A DNA stretch of 64,000 bases, taken from contig NC_135902.1 of assembly GCF_964194155.1 (NCBI RefSeq), positions 49,538,001-49,602,000 on the forward strand. The letters are read 5' to 3'. A program made the translations under genes and the position numbers. Below, one piece after another: positions 1 through 11,250 of the stretch. Within the stretch, counting starts at the first letter, position 1. Every line of letters starts with the position of its first letter. Under the pieces are notes generated by a model that searched no databases, was not told the origin of the DNA, and saw only the letters and a program-made list of their open reading frames with translations. The DNA comes from Cetorhinus maximus. Taxonomy: Eukaryota.

Positions 1-2384
1 TTTTGTTTACTTCCATTACATCCATAGTAGAAGATGGAAAACATTGACCAGGATATCAATCCAATGGCACAAAACATCAAAAGGCATAATTTCACCCTTC
101 TTTTTTTTGTTTGCTAAGCAGTCCTGAAGTTTTAACTTAGTGGCTCAGACATTGGAAAATTACCTATAATTTGGCAATTTGTATTTTCATACAGAGAAGC
201 AACCATGAACCAATTGGAAAGGTCACACAATGCCCAGCTAAGATGGCATTTAAGCACGTCAGGAAGAAATTAAAAAAGAACCTTTGCCCTGCCATAGCTC
301 CATGATATGTAGAACCTAGGAATTCTTCAAGAGGTACTAGCCAGGATTTTCCACTTGATCACTCACCAGCCCCTGATTTTCTTTTCATTCATCTTAATGG
401 ACAGGAAAATCACAGAATAAAATGCAGAGATCACAACAGAAAACCCCAGCCACCGAAAGCACAAGCTGAAAAATTCCAAGCTCAGTATTTTATAGAGGAC
501 AAAAGTTTCCCAGAACAAACGAAATTCAAAAACCCTACTTGTCAAAATATGTCACATTATACCACGACATTCCTTGCAATATAACCTCAATCATTAAAAA
601 AATATTAAAATGCCAACACGGGACATGATTTTTTTAAAAATATTTTTCTCCTCACCAATTTATCCTTTCCCAAAGGCATCAACTCCTTAGCAGCATATGT
701 TTGCACAAACACTGGCTCCACCATTTATCCATCAACCAAAATGATCAGTATTCAAGAGCAAGGCTTGGCAACTAGTCAATCATAGAGGTGTGACAGTCAG
801 CCTAACCCTGTCCTTACCAAACATACACACAATCATTTCCAGCATGGTCATTAGTTAGTGATCAGCAGCATGTACCTTTAATGATTTTTCCCTGCAAGGA
901 GATCAAATCCCTGCAACCATTCTAACTGATATGTCCTAAATTAGGGATTGAACATAGGACACCTGGTCTGAATGGCTCCTCTACTCACCTGATAAAGCCA
1001 TTTGCCATCAGCACAGCTAAAGGATAACTTAGAAGAAATAATTGATATTGTACTGTCAATAAAATATTTTGCTGCAACCCACTGGGACAGATGGATACAA
1101 TATGTTGATGCACTGCCAATCATGTATGCCATATGCCCTCAGATCCCACTTTCCTACTGAGTTTATTATTCATTGTATATCATACTGTTTTACCACATTC
1201 ACTATAGCAGCTGGGTAGAGTAGCAAGAAAAATAAAAATGGAACATTAAGATTTTACAACAACCAGGCTATATATAGAACATGCTGTCAGCAAGCTTGAA
1301 GAAATAACTGTGATCCTTCTACTCAACATGAAACTGACAATAACAAGGAATCATCAGAACCATTCAACTAAATTATTGTCCTGTATTAAGCTGCCAATCC
1401 TCTAAGAATTAATATAAATTTTACAAAGTAAGGTGGTGACTTGTTTTGGAAGCAAGAAAGTGAACTGCAATGTTTATGAATAGAATTAAGCTGATCGAAA
1501 GTAAAAGGCCCTTTTGATCTCATTCTTGCAGAATGCCAGCCCTAAGACCTTCCCTTTACAATCTTAAAACATCCACCTGAAAGACAAACAAATCAGTTTA
1601 ACACCGTAACAGAAGAACACCACCATTAATGGTGTAGCAATCAAACAGTTCAATACAAGAATGATCACCTAAATTATCTTAGCGTTAAGGCTGAAATTTC
1701 CAAACTTACGCACCCAGAGATGGTAACACAACGAACTCACTAACCTCAGCCTTACGGAGGAATGCTGGCATTTTATGGTGCTGACACACCCTACAGGCTT
1801 TCTACTCAAGAAATATTTAATTTCTTTCAATGCTTTAACATAAATGTGTGCGTTAGTGAAATAACTGAAGAACCAATAGGCTACTCTATCAAATAGTATG
1901 ATGGTTGTGCTTACACAGATAAATGGGTGGTAAAAATTAACAAAATTTATTTTCTCCCACATCTATAGACCACAATAGCTCAGCCTGCGGCAATTTATCT
2001 GCCAATTCCTTCTTCCATACCTTTTACCCACCAACATAGCAAAATATATAACAGAAACACATATGCGCCTATATGTATTTACCATGTTTATTAAAAAAAG
2101 AGAATCTACCCGACACACAAGGTGATAAACGCATCAAAACTACTCACCCATGAGCTTGTCATGGTTTAAAAATAAATCAAACAGCTGTACACTTACTCAA
2201 ACCGTAAACAAGCGCTAGATCTAAACATGGCAGCCCCATTGCTTTTACTGCCCTGAAGTGTTCTGGACTGATAACTGAACAAAGAAAGTGCAAAACATAA
2301 GTTTCTGCATACTTAATCTACACAATGTTGCACAACACACAATAATTCCCACCTAAGATAAAATCAAGCCTATTTAGGCACGGC

Positions 2385-2822
2385 CTTCGTTCAGTGTCAG
2401 AACCCTTGCTCAAGTCAGAAGGTTGCGAGTTCAAGCTTCAATCCAAAGTCTTGAGCATATGAGTTAAGCTGGCATTTCAGGACACTGCACTGTCAGAGTT
2501 GCTGTCATTCTTTTATGCCTGTTGGGTCCTTGGTTGACGTGTTAAGCCAAGGACCTAACTAGTGCCATGAGATCTTTTACACTTGTCAGTTCTCTCAGTG
2601 TCATGGTCAACATCTATCCCTCAACTAACACCTAAAAAAAACAGATGGTCCAGTCAGTTATTTCGTTGCTTTTTGTGGAACCCTTGCTGTGCACAAGTTG
2701 GTTGCCATGTTTACTATCTCACAAAAGCAACTACGCTTCAAAAGTACATCATTAGCTTTAAAATGCTTTTGGACAGCCTGAGGTTACGAAAGGTGCTAAA
2801 TAAATGCAAGTTCTCTCTTCTT
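2385..2822 (+). mobile_element. tRNA-derived SINE with Deu-type central domain
   Basis: B-box-like gagttcaagc, central gcactgtcagagttgctgtc, tail ttgctgtgcacaagttggttgcc...aaggtgctaaataaatgcaagtt. Related copies at ~7125-7765 (+), ~7775-8110 (-), ~13800-14055 (-), ~28925-29085 (-) and ~51700-51890 (+). Confidence 0.65.
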
Positions 2823-5800
2823 AAAGCTGTGTGTGTTTTCATGACAAGTGGACACACTCTCCCTCTCCAAAAACCAAATCAGCTAAATAATGATTGTTCT
2901 CAGCAACTTGGGGTATTACATATTACTCAATACTCATTTAATTATTGTGTAACATACAGGAAGTTGGAAATAAATATTGTAGTAACAGGCTACATTTCAA
3001 ATTGTTCATTGCACTCGAGGAAAGTCCATAAAAACTTGGTCGCAACTTGCTACAGATGAGTTATCTGTTCTATTTCACTTAAAGGAGTGAATTTCACTGC
3101 TTCATATCAGTATCTCCTACACTTTCTAATGAACTTTCTCTTATTTACAAAGCAATTCCTCCAACATAATGCTGTTTACCGTATCCTAAATGCAAGAGGA
3201 AACAAGCGTGCTGTGCAAACATATTTTATTTTGTACAGTATAGGTTTGTAAAAAGTAAATTTGCTATAAAAAGGAGAGTCTTGCCTTCACAAAGAATTAT
3301 GCATTAACTTTATTACCCTCTAACTTTATTTCATTTCTGGGCATTTTAGTTTAAAATAATTAGTTACCCAAGCAATAGATTTGCTGGAGTAACTGAAATA
3401 GTGTAGTCATTTTAGTTCTGTGCATATTAATTCAACTCCCTCGATATCAAGCTGATAAATTCCTCCAAGCCAGTTCCCCTTCACTTCTTTTGCCACTTAG
3501 CATTTGAGCAATAATAATGAACCTATTTTTATTAAAAATAAGAGTATTTAATGGGGAGACTCTCTCTTCCAAAAAAAAAGTACACTGATGCAGTTTTCTA
3601 GCCTTAAAGTCCCTATGTATTTAAGTGGAGAAAAAAACCTCAAGACAAATATGGCCCGCGTCTTTTACTATCCCTTGTGCAAGTCAATAAATCCACAGCT
3701 TTTCAAAGCTGTTTAATACAAATTTACCAGCCTGCTGTCCATCACCTTTCATTATGATGTATCCAACAGCAATAAACCTTTAAAAGAGGAAACATCAGAA
3801 CATTTTTTGTTCAAAGTATTCTCCCTTTCATAGAGAGAAAAAAAGACCTTTTAAAACAAAAACTCAAATCTATTTGTAGCAGGGAAACCCTCTTGTCAGA
3901 TCTCCCACTCTGATGACAATTACAGGGAACTCCCCGACCTTTTCCATTATCAACAGCAGAGGACATGACTTCAAACCAGTCTGAGCTGCGCTGAAGCCAC
4001 CCAACACCAGGGAGTCATGCTAAAGACTAGAGCCCGTGCTGAAATCTTTTCTGTACTTTAGTCAACTTCAGGCTTGAACCTTTCCAACAAATGGCTAGCT
4101 GACTGATTTCCTAAGCTCTTCCCAACACAAACTGCAATTCATCCAGAACTCATTTGCCTGCATGCTGTTCCATTAGACTCAAATTGAGTCCATCTCCCCT
4201 ATCGTCACCAACTTTCACTGGTTCCAAACTTCAACCCTTGCCCTTTATTCTAATTCCTAAAATTGCCTTACTTGAACCAACATTTGCAAGCTTCTCTAAC
4301 TTAAATCCCTGCTCTCAGGTTTCACTCACAAGTCTGAACTATTGTGCGTCATTGTCCCCACTACATCATCAGGGCCAGGCCCTCCAGTCATCATGGACCT
4401 GCTCTCTGGAATTCTCTTCCTAAACCCATCCACCTTGTTAAGCTTTCCATAGCTTCAAAATCCTCCTCAAAACCTACATCTTCAGTCTTGCTTTCAATCA
4501 CTTCCCTAATTCTCCCTGCAAGTTATGATGTGTCAGAATTATATCTCCACCCGCTCCACCATGAAGCACTTTACAAGGCTTTATATAGAACAAAAACAAG
4601 CAAACAGGCAGTTCAGCCTAACTAGTCTGTACTGATGCTTATCCTCCATAAAAAGCTGTACCAATCCCATGTGCCAAGTGAGTTACCCTATCCCTTTAAT
4701 CCTTCTTCATTCAATCACACACTTAAGCTATTCTTAAAAGCTGATATCTTCATTTCAATCACCAACTCTGATAGAGATTTATCAGGCTGTGAAATGCAGT
4801 GTTAAGAAGTTTTTCTTGCTCTCTCTTCTGGATCTCCTATATTTCATCTAATTTTCAGTCCTCTTGTTCTATATTCTTCAACCACTGGAAAGGAAATTGT
4901 CCCTCCTGGAATTTCTGTAGGGGCTCAGATTCCCACCTCAACATGGACAGAAGATTAGCAGAAACCTCACAGAAAGAGGCCAAACCTTTACAACATTAAA
5001 TGTACATTTGCAAGTATAACTTGTTTCCTGGAATTGGATTGTTATCTGAAAAGGAAGAATGTGCAGAGCTACAGGGTGAAGACGGAGGAGTGGCACTGAG
5101 TAAATTGCTCCTTCAGAGAGCCGGCACAATGAGTGACATAACGGGCCAAATGGCCTCCTTCTGTACTGTAACAATCCCGTGATTCTGAGAGTCAGGCGTC
5201 TTCAAACGTCTCCTCCAGCCCTGTTTGGAATGGGACCACACTAGGGTACTCGTCAAGCACAGAAAGAGATCTTTCTCTCAGGTCTCCATGTATGATCAGT
5301 AAGTAATTTTCTTTCATTGATTGAAGAAAAGACAATTTCTTCTATAAAAAAAGGGAGAAGGAAGTACTTTTGTACTTTGTACACAAAGTCCACCTACTAA
5401 ACACTGCTTCTCCCATAAGTTCGTGTGTGTTATAAAATAGGGCAAATGATGAGTCGTGGCATGGTATCTTGCAAGATTCTGCACTTACAACCTGCCTGTA
5501 ATATCTGGGCAGCAAATTGCATAAGTTTACAAACAATCCCAAAAGCAGTGGAAATGCCAGTTTTAAGTAATAAATCACGACCTAATTAAATATCAGAAAC
5601 TCAGTTTTTACTGGAAAGCAAAAGAATTGAAACCATGCTAATTTTAATCCTCTCAAACCAAGGGGTACTGAGGCCAGCTGAAGTCCAATAGTCTACCTTC
5701 TAAACTCAAAGATTTTTAATTAAGATTTTTAAAGCTCCAGACAATTTTCTTCTTCAAATGTAGGATTTATTCTTTACTGGCATACAGTTCTATAGGCACT

Positions 5801-7124
5801 TGGAACCCTCCAATACATTTTATATGAGAGAGTTTGGACATCAAGTATTTGCAGGATATCAACTATCATTATCATCCTGTTACCAACCAACACGCATTTG
5901 CACACTTCAATCAAGGACAGTTAAATAGTAATTAGGTGCAGGAAATCTGGATGATTTCCCCCCTCCCTCACCCGAGGGACCTGAGGCCAACTGTAGTGTT
6001 CATACTACTTTTCTGGTTGAGATCACCTAACTGAGTAAAGGCTAGATAATGAACCTGGGACCCTCCTAATCCATGTGACTCACTGGAAAAACTTACTAAG
6101 CCACAGAAATCAACCATCACTCTTTTTGTTAGTTAAAACCCAAGGAGAATCTACTGAATATTTAAAATAAAAAATGCAATCAGAGACATGTATTTCTCAC
6201 AAAACATTTACTAGTTTTAACTAAACTTCATAACCTGAACCACAGCTATATAGTTTCACAGGCTCTGTCAAGCATGTCCAAAAGTTGCACTTTTGCTCTA
6301 GCTCACCACTGTGGAAACTGTTTCTGTATTCTAACACTCAAATAACATCTTCTAGGCAAGTTAAAATAATGCTCTCCGCACCACAAAATAAGTTGTTTAT
6401 ATAGACCTCCACTTAAAACAAGAAAAATGTTTTTCAAATAATACTGCAACCATCAGTACTCAACCTCTCTGACAGGCTCAAAGTTGAAGACACCACAAGT
6501 TTGCACTGAGATGGGACACCACCCAAATTATATGAAGATCTGTAAATGCTGCCTGTGTCAAATGAGAGAGACATTTTCAAAAAAAAATACAAAAGATAAA
6601 TCACCTACATATATGGATCAAATGATTTTACCTGACATCCTGCCTACAAGATAGCCTGAAATAGGATGAAGCTCTGAAGTCAATAACTTTTAAATGAAAG
6701 TGTTAAACCCACCAACTAGAATAGGTAGGCTGTGCTGTTTTAGCTATCATTCCACTAAGATGGGACAAATTTAGTTTCAAGAAATCCAAAGAAAAATACT
6801 ATCAGTTTATCTAGAATAATATGTAACGTATGGTTAGACATCATAACTGGACAATCAATAGTAAATTTTCAACTTCTCCTCCCACTTTCATTCCCCCTCA
6901 ATATTTCTTCTACTGCCCCTCCCATTAACACATTCTCAGATAGAAAGTGTACTTCAGAAACATTTTCCCAACTTCCTTCAATCGCACTCTGAACAAGCCG
7001 ACTGAGATCAAGAATACAATAGTAAGACACTTAATATGCTTCTTTAAAAAAAATTAAATGGAAAACATGCACTCATTGTCAGAACTTTAGCACTTTACAG
7101 CTTAAGTATTTCTCTTAGATGTTA

Positions 7125-8110
7125 GTCAGTTCAGTAGAAGTATTCTTGCCAGAGCAAGGTCATGGGTTCAAGCCCCACTCCAAGAGACTTGAGGACATAA
7201 TCTCAAAGATGAAATTCTACACTCTCAGAGTGTATGGATAGGAAGTCAAATCAAGATGCTATGTGCCTTCTCAGGTGTATGTAAAAGATCCTGTAACGCT
7301 AATCAAAGATGAGCAGAGGAGTTCGCCGGGTATCCTGGCCACCATTTATTCTTCAACCAACATCACCAAAAGCAGTAATATAAAAGCATAACTCTGCAGA
7401 TGTTGGATATCTGCAATAAAAATAGAAATGCTGTAAATATTCAGGTTTCAGGTAGCATCTATGGACTAAGAAACAGATTTAATATTTCAGATCGATGGGA
7501 CATTTCACCATTTCTATTGAAAGGTCATCGACCTGAAACCTTAACTCTTTCTCTCTCCACATATGCTGCCTAGCCTGCTGAGTATTTACAGTATTTTCTG
7601 TTTTTACACAGCAAAAACAGATTAGCGTGACATTTATCTCATTGCCGTTTCTGAGATTTTGCCGCTTGTGCATTTCCCTGCATTACAACAGTGACTAAAC
7701 TTTTTTTAAGTACTTTTGGCAGTGAGAATTTTTATGCCTTTAGAACATTCCAAGGTACTATATCATTGCATTTTTTCTGAAGTGCAGTCACTGTTGTTAG
7801 TGTAGCACAGCCCAACAAACAAAAAATGAAAGACCAGACAATATGTTTTTTGTGGTGTTGGTTGAGTGAAGAATGTTGGCAAGAGTACATAGAACTCCCT
7901 ACTCTTCTTCAAACAGTATCATGGGACCTTTTAAAGCACCTCTATCTGGCAGACAAGGCCTTGGATTTAATATCTCATCCAAAAGGTAGCAGCACCTCTT
8001 GATAGCACTCCTTCGGTACTGTACTGAGTTACATGCACAAGTATGTAATGGAACTTGAATGCACAGCATTCTTAGTCAGAGACGAGTGTGCTATCTCAGC
8101 CAAGCTGGCA
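7125..8110. mobile_element. Two SINEs of the same family, tail-to-tail
   Basis: The + copy (gggttcaagccccactccaagagacttgag...) and the - copy (gaagtgcagtcactgttg...tggtgttggttgag...cttgaat...ctcagccaagctg) are complementary over their shared regions. Confidence 0.65.
7378..7608. mobile_element. Short hairpin-type Penelope pLTR remnant inserted in a SINE
   Basis: Inverted halves (aaaatagaaatgctgtaaatattcag.../...ctgctgagtatttacagtattttctgttttt) and a decayed hammerhead at 7514-7546. Confidence 0.6.
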
Positions 8111-9092
8111 CACAGCATCACAATGAAAACGCTCTCAGAAGCATAGGCATAACACTCCCAATAAGCTTTTTTAAAAACTAAATACCTTTCAGCTATAATT
8201 TCCTATTTTGAATCATTGAACCATTATTCTTCCTGTAAAATATCAAAATTGAGGTGTAGCTATTTTGCCATAAATTTTGCCAGAAACTAAGTTCCAGACT
8301 AAAATAATGCAATCATATTTTCATTGTGGAAGTCCATGGACGTAGAACAAAAATATAAACACGGTGCAGTAATAACACAAGGCAACAAAAATAAACTTTG
8401 AACTGTTGCCAAGTTTGCTGTTACACTTCTTTGGAAGAGTGGGAATATGAATACGACTAGATTAATAAAATCCAGTGTGCTCTCTTACACGCCCGCACTT
8501 CCAAATTGTACACATTCCATGTACACAAAGGGGAGGTTGGGGGGGGTGGTGGTGAAGGGGCAGGAAGGTTGTTTAAAAGCCTCGTCACAGGAATAACCTC
8601 AACAGCCAAGAGTTTACTTTGCCAGGCCTAAAACGTATTACAAGCACGAAACCTACAACACAGAAACAGGAATTTCCTGGTTATAAAATCACCCAAAGGC
8701 ACAACCTTTCTCCTTCACCCACCCCACCCTCTCTCCCCCCGCCCCCCACCAAAGACACAGAGAGAAAAAGATACATTTCAAAGGCAAAAAACTGCCAGTA
8801 AAAAAAAAACTCATTCAAGTTCAACCACTCTTTTGTAGAAAGTGTACAAATAACCTGACTTGTTATTTTGCCGCTCGAGGAGGGGGGGAGAGGAGGAGGA
8901 GGAAAGGTTGGGGTTGGAGGGGGGGGGAGGGAGGCGGTGGGAAAGAAGCAAAACACTGCTAACAAAACAATCTCTCCATCACAAATAATTGGGGAGGGGG
9001 GTAAAAAAAAAGGGAAGAGAAAGAATCAATTTAAAGCACCAGGTCTTTATAATGCACACGATAGATGTGTGCGTGCAATTCGCATAGCTTAC

Positions 9093-9144
9093 CTGTTAGA
9101 CGTAACTTGACCGGCCCGTTCCTCCTGGCTCCTTGGTTGGACAT
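9093..9144 (-). CDS. SMURF2: SMURF2 (HECT E3 ubiquitin ligase), first coding exon; the rest of the gene lies beyond the left edge
   Basis: The minus strand reads ATG TCC AAC CAA GGA GCC AGG AGG AAC GGG CCG GTC AAG TTA CGT CTA ACA G|gtaag = MSNQGARRNGPVKLRLT. This matches the SMURF2 N-terminus (human MSNPGGRRNGPVKLRLT). It is 52 coding nt with a phase-1 donor, inside a CpG-rich segment. Exon 2 (VLCAKNL...) is not seen in 1-9092. Confidence 0.93.
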
Positions 9145-9163
9145 GTTTCCCGAGTGTTTGTGT

Positions 9164-9195
<32 letters not shown>

Positions 9196-9930
9196 GCAGT
9201 TTATTTTTAAATTAAGTTTAGTCGCTGCTGCCGGTGTCTCCCCTCCGCCAGCGGCCGCCGCCGCCGCTTTTCCCCCCTTTCCCCGAGCGAACAATGATGG
9301 CCTCCTCCAGCCCGGTGGCCCGGATGTGCATAGCCCACACTCACAAACGGACGGCCAAAAAAAAAATCGATCAAAATAAAAAAACAAACACCATTTACCT
9401 CAGTAAAATTTAAAAAAAAAACTTTGCTCCTCCGACGCGCCGAAAAAAAAAATAAACTTTTCACTTTTCTTCTAGATTTTTCTCTTCCCCCCCCCTCTTC
9501 CCTTCCTCCTTCCTCAAACCGTCTCTCTCTCTCTCTCGCTCCCTCAATCAGTGCAACTAGACTTTCCCCCCTCTCTCCCTCTCTTCACATCTTCGGTTAC
9601 AGCTCAGGGATGATCTCTTTGTCGAGGTATATTTGTTATCTATTGTTGCTGAAGGCTCATATCCAGTCAATTAATTGTTGTTCGGCTTTCTTCCTTATTG
9701 TTCAGAGTATTTCCACCCACAGAAGATCCACACACAAATGATGATGAAGGGTTGAAGGTTATTTTCCAGCAGCAAAAAAAGTTGTCGGTGATTTTTTTTT
9801 TTCCCCCTCCTTTTTAAGGCTGAAGCTTGTACTTTCCTTCCTCCTCTCCCTTTCTTGCTCTAAGTTCTGTTCTCGGGGCTACTTGACTGAAACCCAGAGC
9901 ACAGCACTTGCTGACATCACCCTGGTGCAC
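9145..9930 (-). promoter_or_regulatory. SMURF2 5' leader / promoter region (CpG-rich ~9100-9450)
   Basis: CpG cluster with (GCC)n, purine/pyrimidine tracts, a CRE-like TGACATCA at 9912-9919 and several upstream ATGs. The TSS cannot be determined from sequence. Confidence 0.55.
9170..9195. repeat. (TA)13 microsatellite 25 nt upstream of the SMURF2 ATG
   Basis: Seen directly in the sequence. Confidence 0.95.
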
Positions 9931-10614
9931 CCTCCTCTTGACAGTCCACAGCTCCTCCTGCTTGAGTCTCAGAAATAAGGCACTCGACAACTACCACCAA
10001 AAAAGCTTCACCAACTCTTTTAAAGACAATTCCACAGCACCAAAAAGTTCTCAAACGTGACCCAGCCATATCTGTTAAATCACCAATGCTTTACAACCCA
10101 TTGTCCAGTTAAAAATACAAATATATCGGTATAAAATACATTATTGGAATGAAATCAACTAGTCATAGAATTATACAGCATCGGAAGTGACCATTCAGCC
10201 CATTATCCCTGTGCTGGCTCTTTTGTAGTTTCCCAATTAATCACAACCTCGTTGCTTTTTCCCCATAGCTGTGTAACATTTTGTCCCCTTCAAGTATTTA
10301 CCCAATTCACTTTTGGTTGTTACAACTGAAACTGCCTTTCCAGGCAGCGCATTCCAGATCACAAGAAGTTGCTGTGTGTGAAAAAAAATCCTCAGGTTCT
10401 TTTGCCAGCCACTTTAATTCTGTGTCCTCTGGTTGCTTACCTTTCTACAACTGGAAATAGTTTCTCCTTATTTACTGCATCAAAACTATTTATGATTTTG
10501 AACAAATATTTTGTCTCTTTCTTCATGGTAGAAGACACTAAAAGCATCCCAAGAATAGTAGAAATTCAAGGGGAAAAGGGATGGAGGAATTTAAAACAAT
10601 ATTCATCTAGAACT

Positions 10615-11250
10615 TGAGTATTGCTGAAAAAAGACATGCTGTCAAAACTTTTCATCTCGCACTCATCAGGACAGATGCAAGAATACCAAATTTCAAAGGG
10701 AACAGCAATTTATACTGCATAACAAAAAGGGTGCTGATTAGTTGGCTAGCGGAATCTGCTTGGTCGAGACATTGCCATGAAGAATGAACCAGGGCACAAT
10801 TATCCCCCAAGCTTTTGTTTAAATTCTTGAAAGTCAGGCTGACTGTGATTGGTTGAGGTATTGCCATGGGGAATGCACCAGGGAACAGTTGTCCCCCAAG
10901 CTTTTGTTTAATTGAAAAAATTTTTAATTGAAAAATTGCACCTTTTTCAATTAAGCAAAAGCTTGGAGGACAACTGTTCCCTGGTGCATTCTTCATGGCA
11001 ATGCCTCGACCAAACAGAGTTGACCTGCCTTTTTTGAATTGAAACAAAAGCTTTGGGAGAACAACTGTTCCTTGTTGCATTCTTCATGGCAACAACTCAA
11101 CTAATCAGAGTCCATTTGCCAACCAATCAGCGCCCTTTTTCTCATACAGTATAAATTATTGCTCCCTTTGACATTTGGTATCTTGCATCTGTCCTGGTAA
11201 GTGCAAGATGAAAAGATTTGACAGCATGTCTCGTTTCCCAGCAACAATCA
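10615..11250. mobile_element. 636-bp palindromic (fold-back) element, probably Penelope pLTR-derived, inserted in a CR1
   Basis: Left arm tgagtattgctg...agacatgctgtcaaaac... and right arm ...gatttgacagcatgtct...cagcaacaatca are reverse complements, with ~80-bp internal subrepeats and a centre near 10925. CR1 sequence stops at ~10607 and resumes at ~11251. Confidence 0.8.
10639..10674 (-). ncRNA. Minimal hammerhead motif, left arm of the palindromic element
   Basis: Minus strand CTGTC-CTGATGA-GT-GCGAG-AT-GAAA-AGTT-TT-GACAG: intact CUGAUGA/GAAA core and a 5-bp helix I. Confidence 0.65.

Noticed and set aside
2385-2460. tRNA-like B-box sequences (also ~7165)
   Set aside because: Degenerate SINE heads with no cloverleaf.
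2583-3059. 158-aa ORF antisense in SMURF2 intron 1
   Set aside because: Half of it is SINE tail, it starts at TTG, and it has no protein features.
8878-8941. G-run cluster (possible G-quadruplex) near the SMURF2 exon 1 donor
   Set aside because: Common at first-intron starts, and similar runs occur in repeats elsewhere; nothing specific supports a function.
1-9092. Search for SMURF2 exon 2 or nested genes; donor-like site near 2148
   Set aside because: No VLCAKNL-type exon or supported reading frame was found, so the stretch is treated as intron 1.
10652-11080. 142-aa ORF with an internal repeat
   Set aside because: It reflects the subrepeats of the palindromic element.
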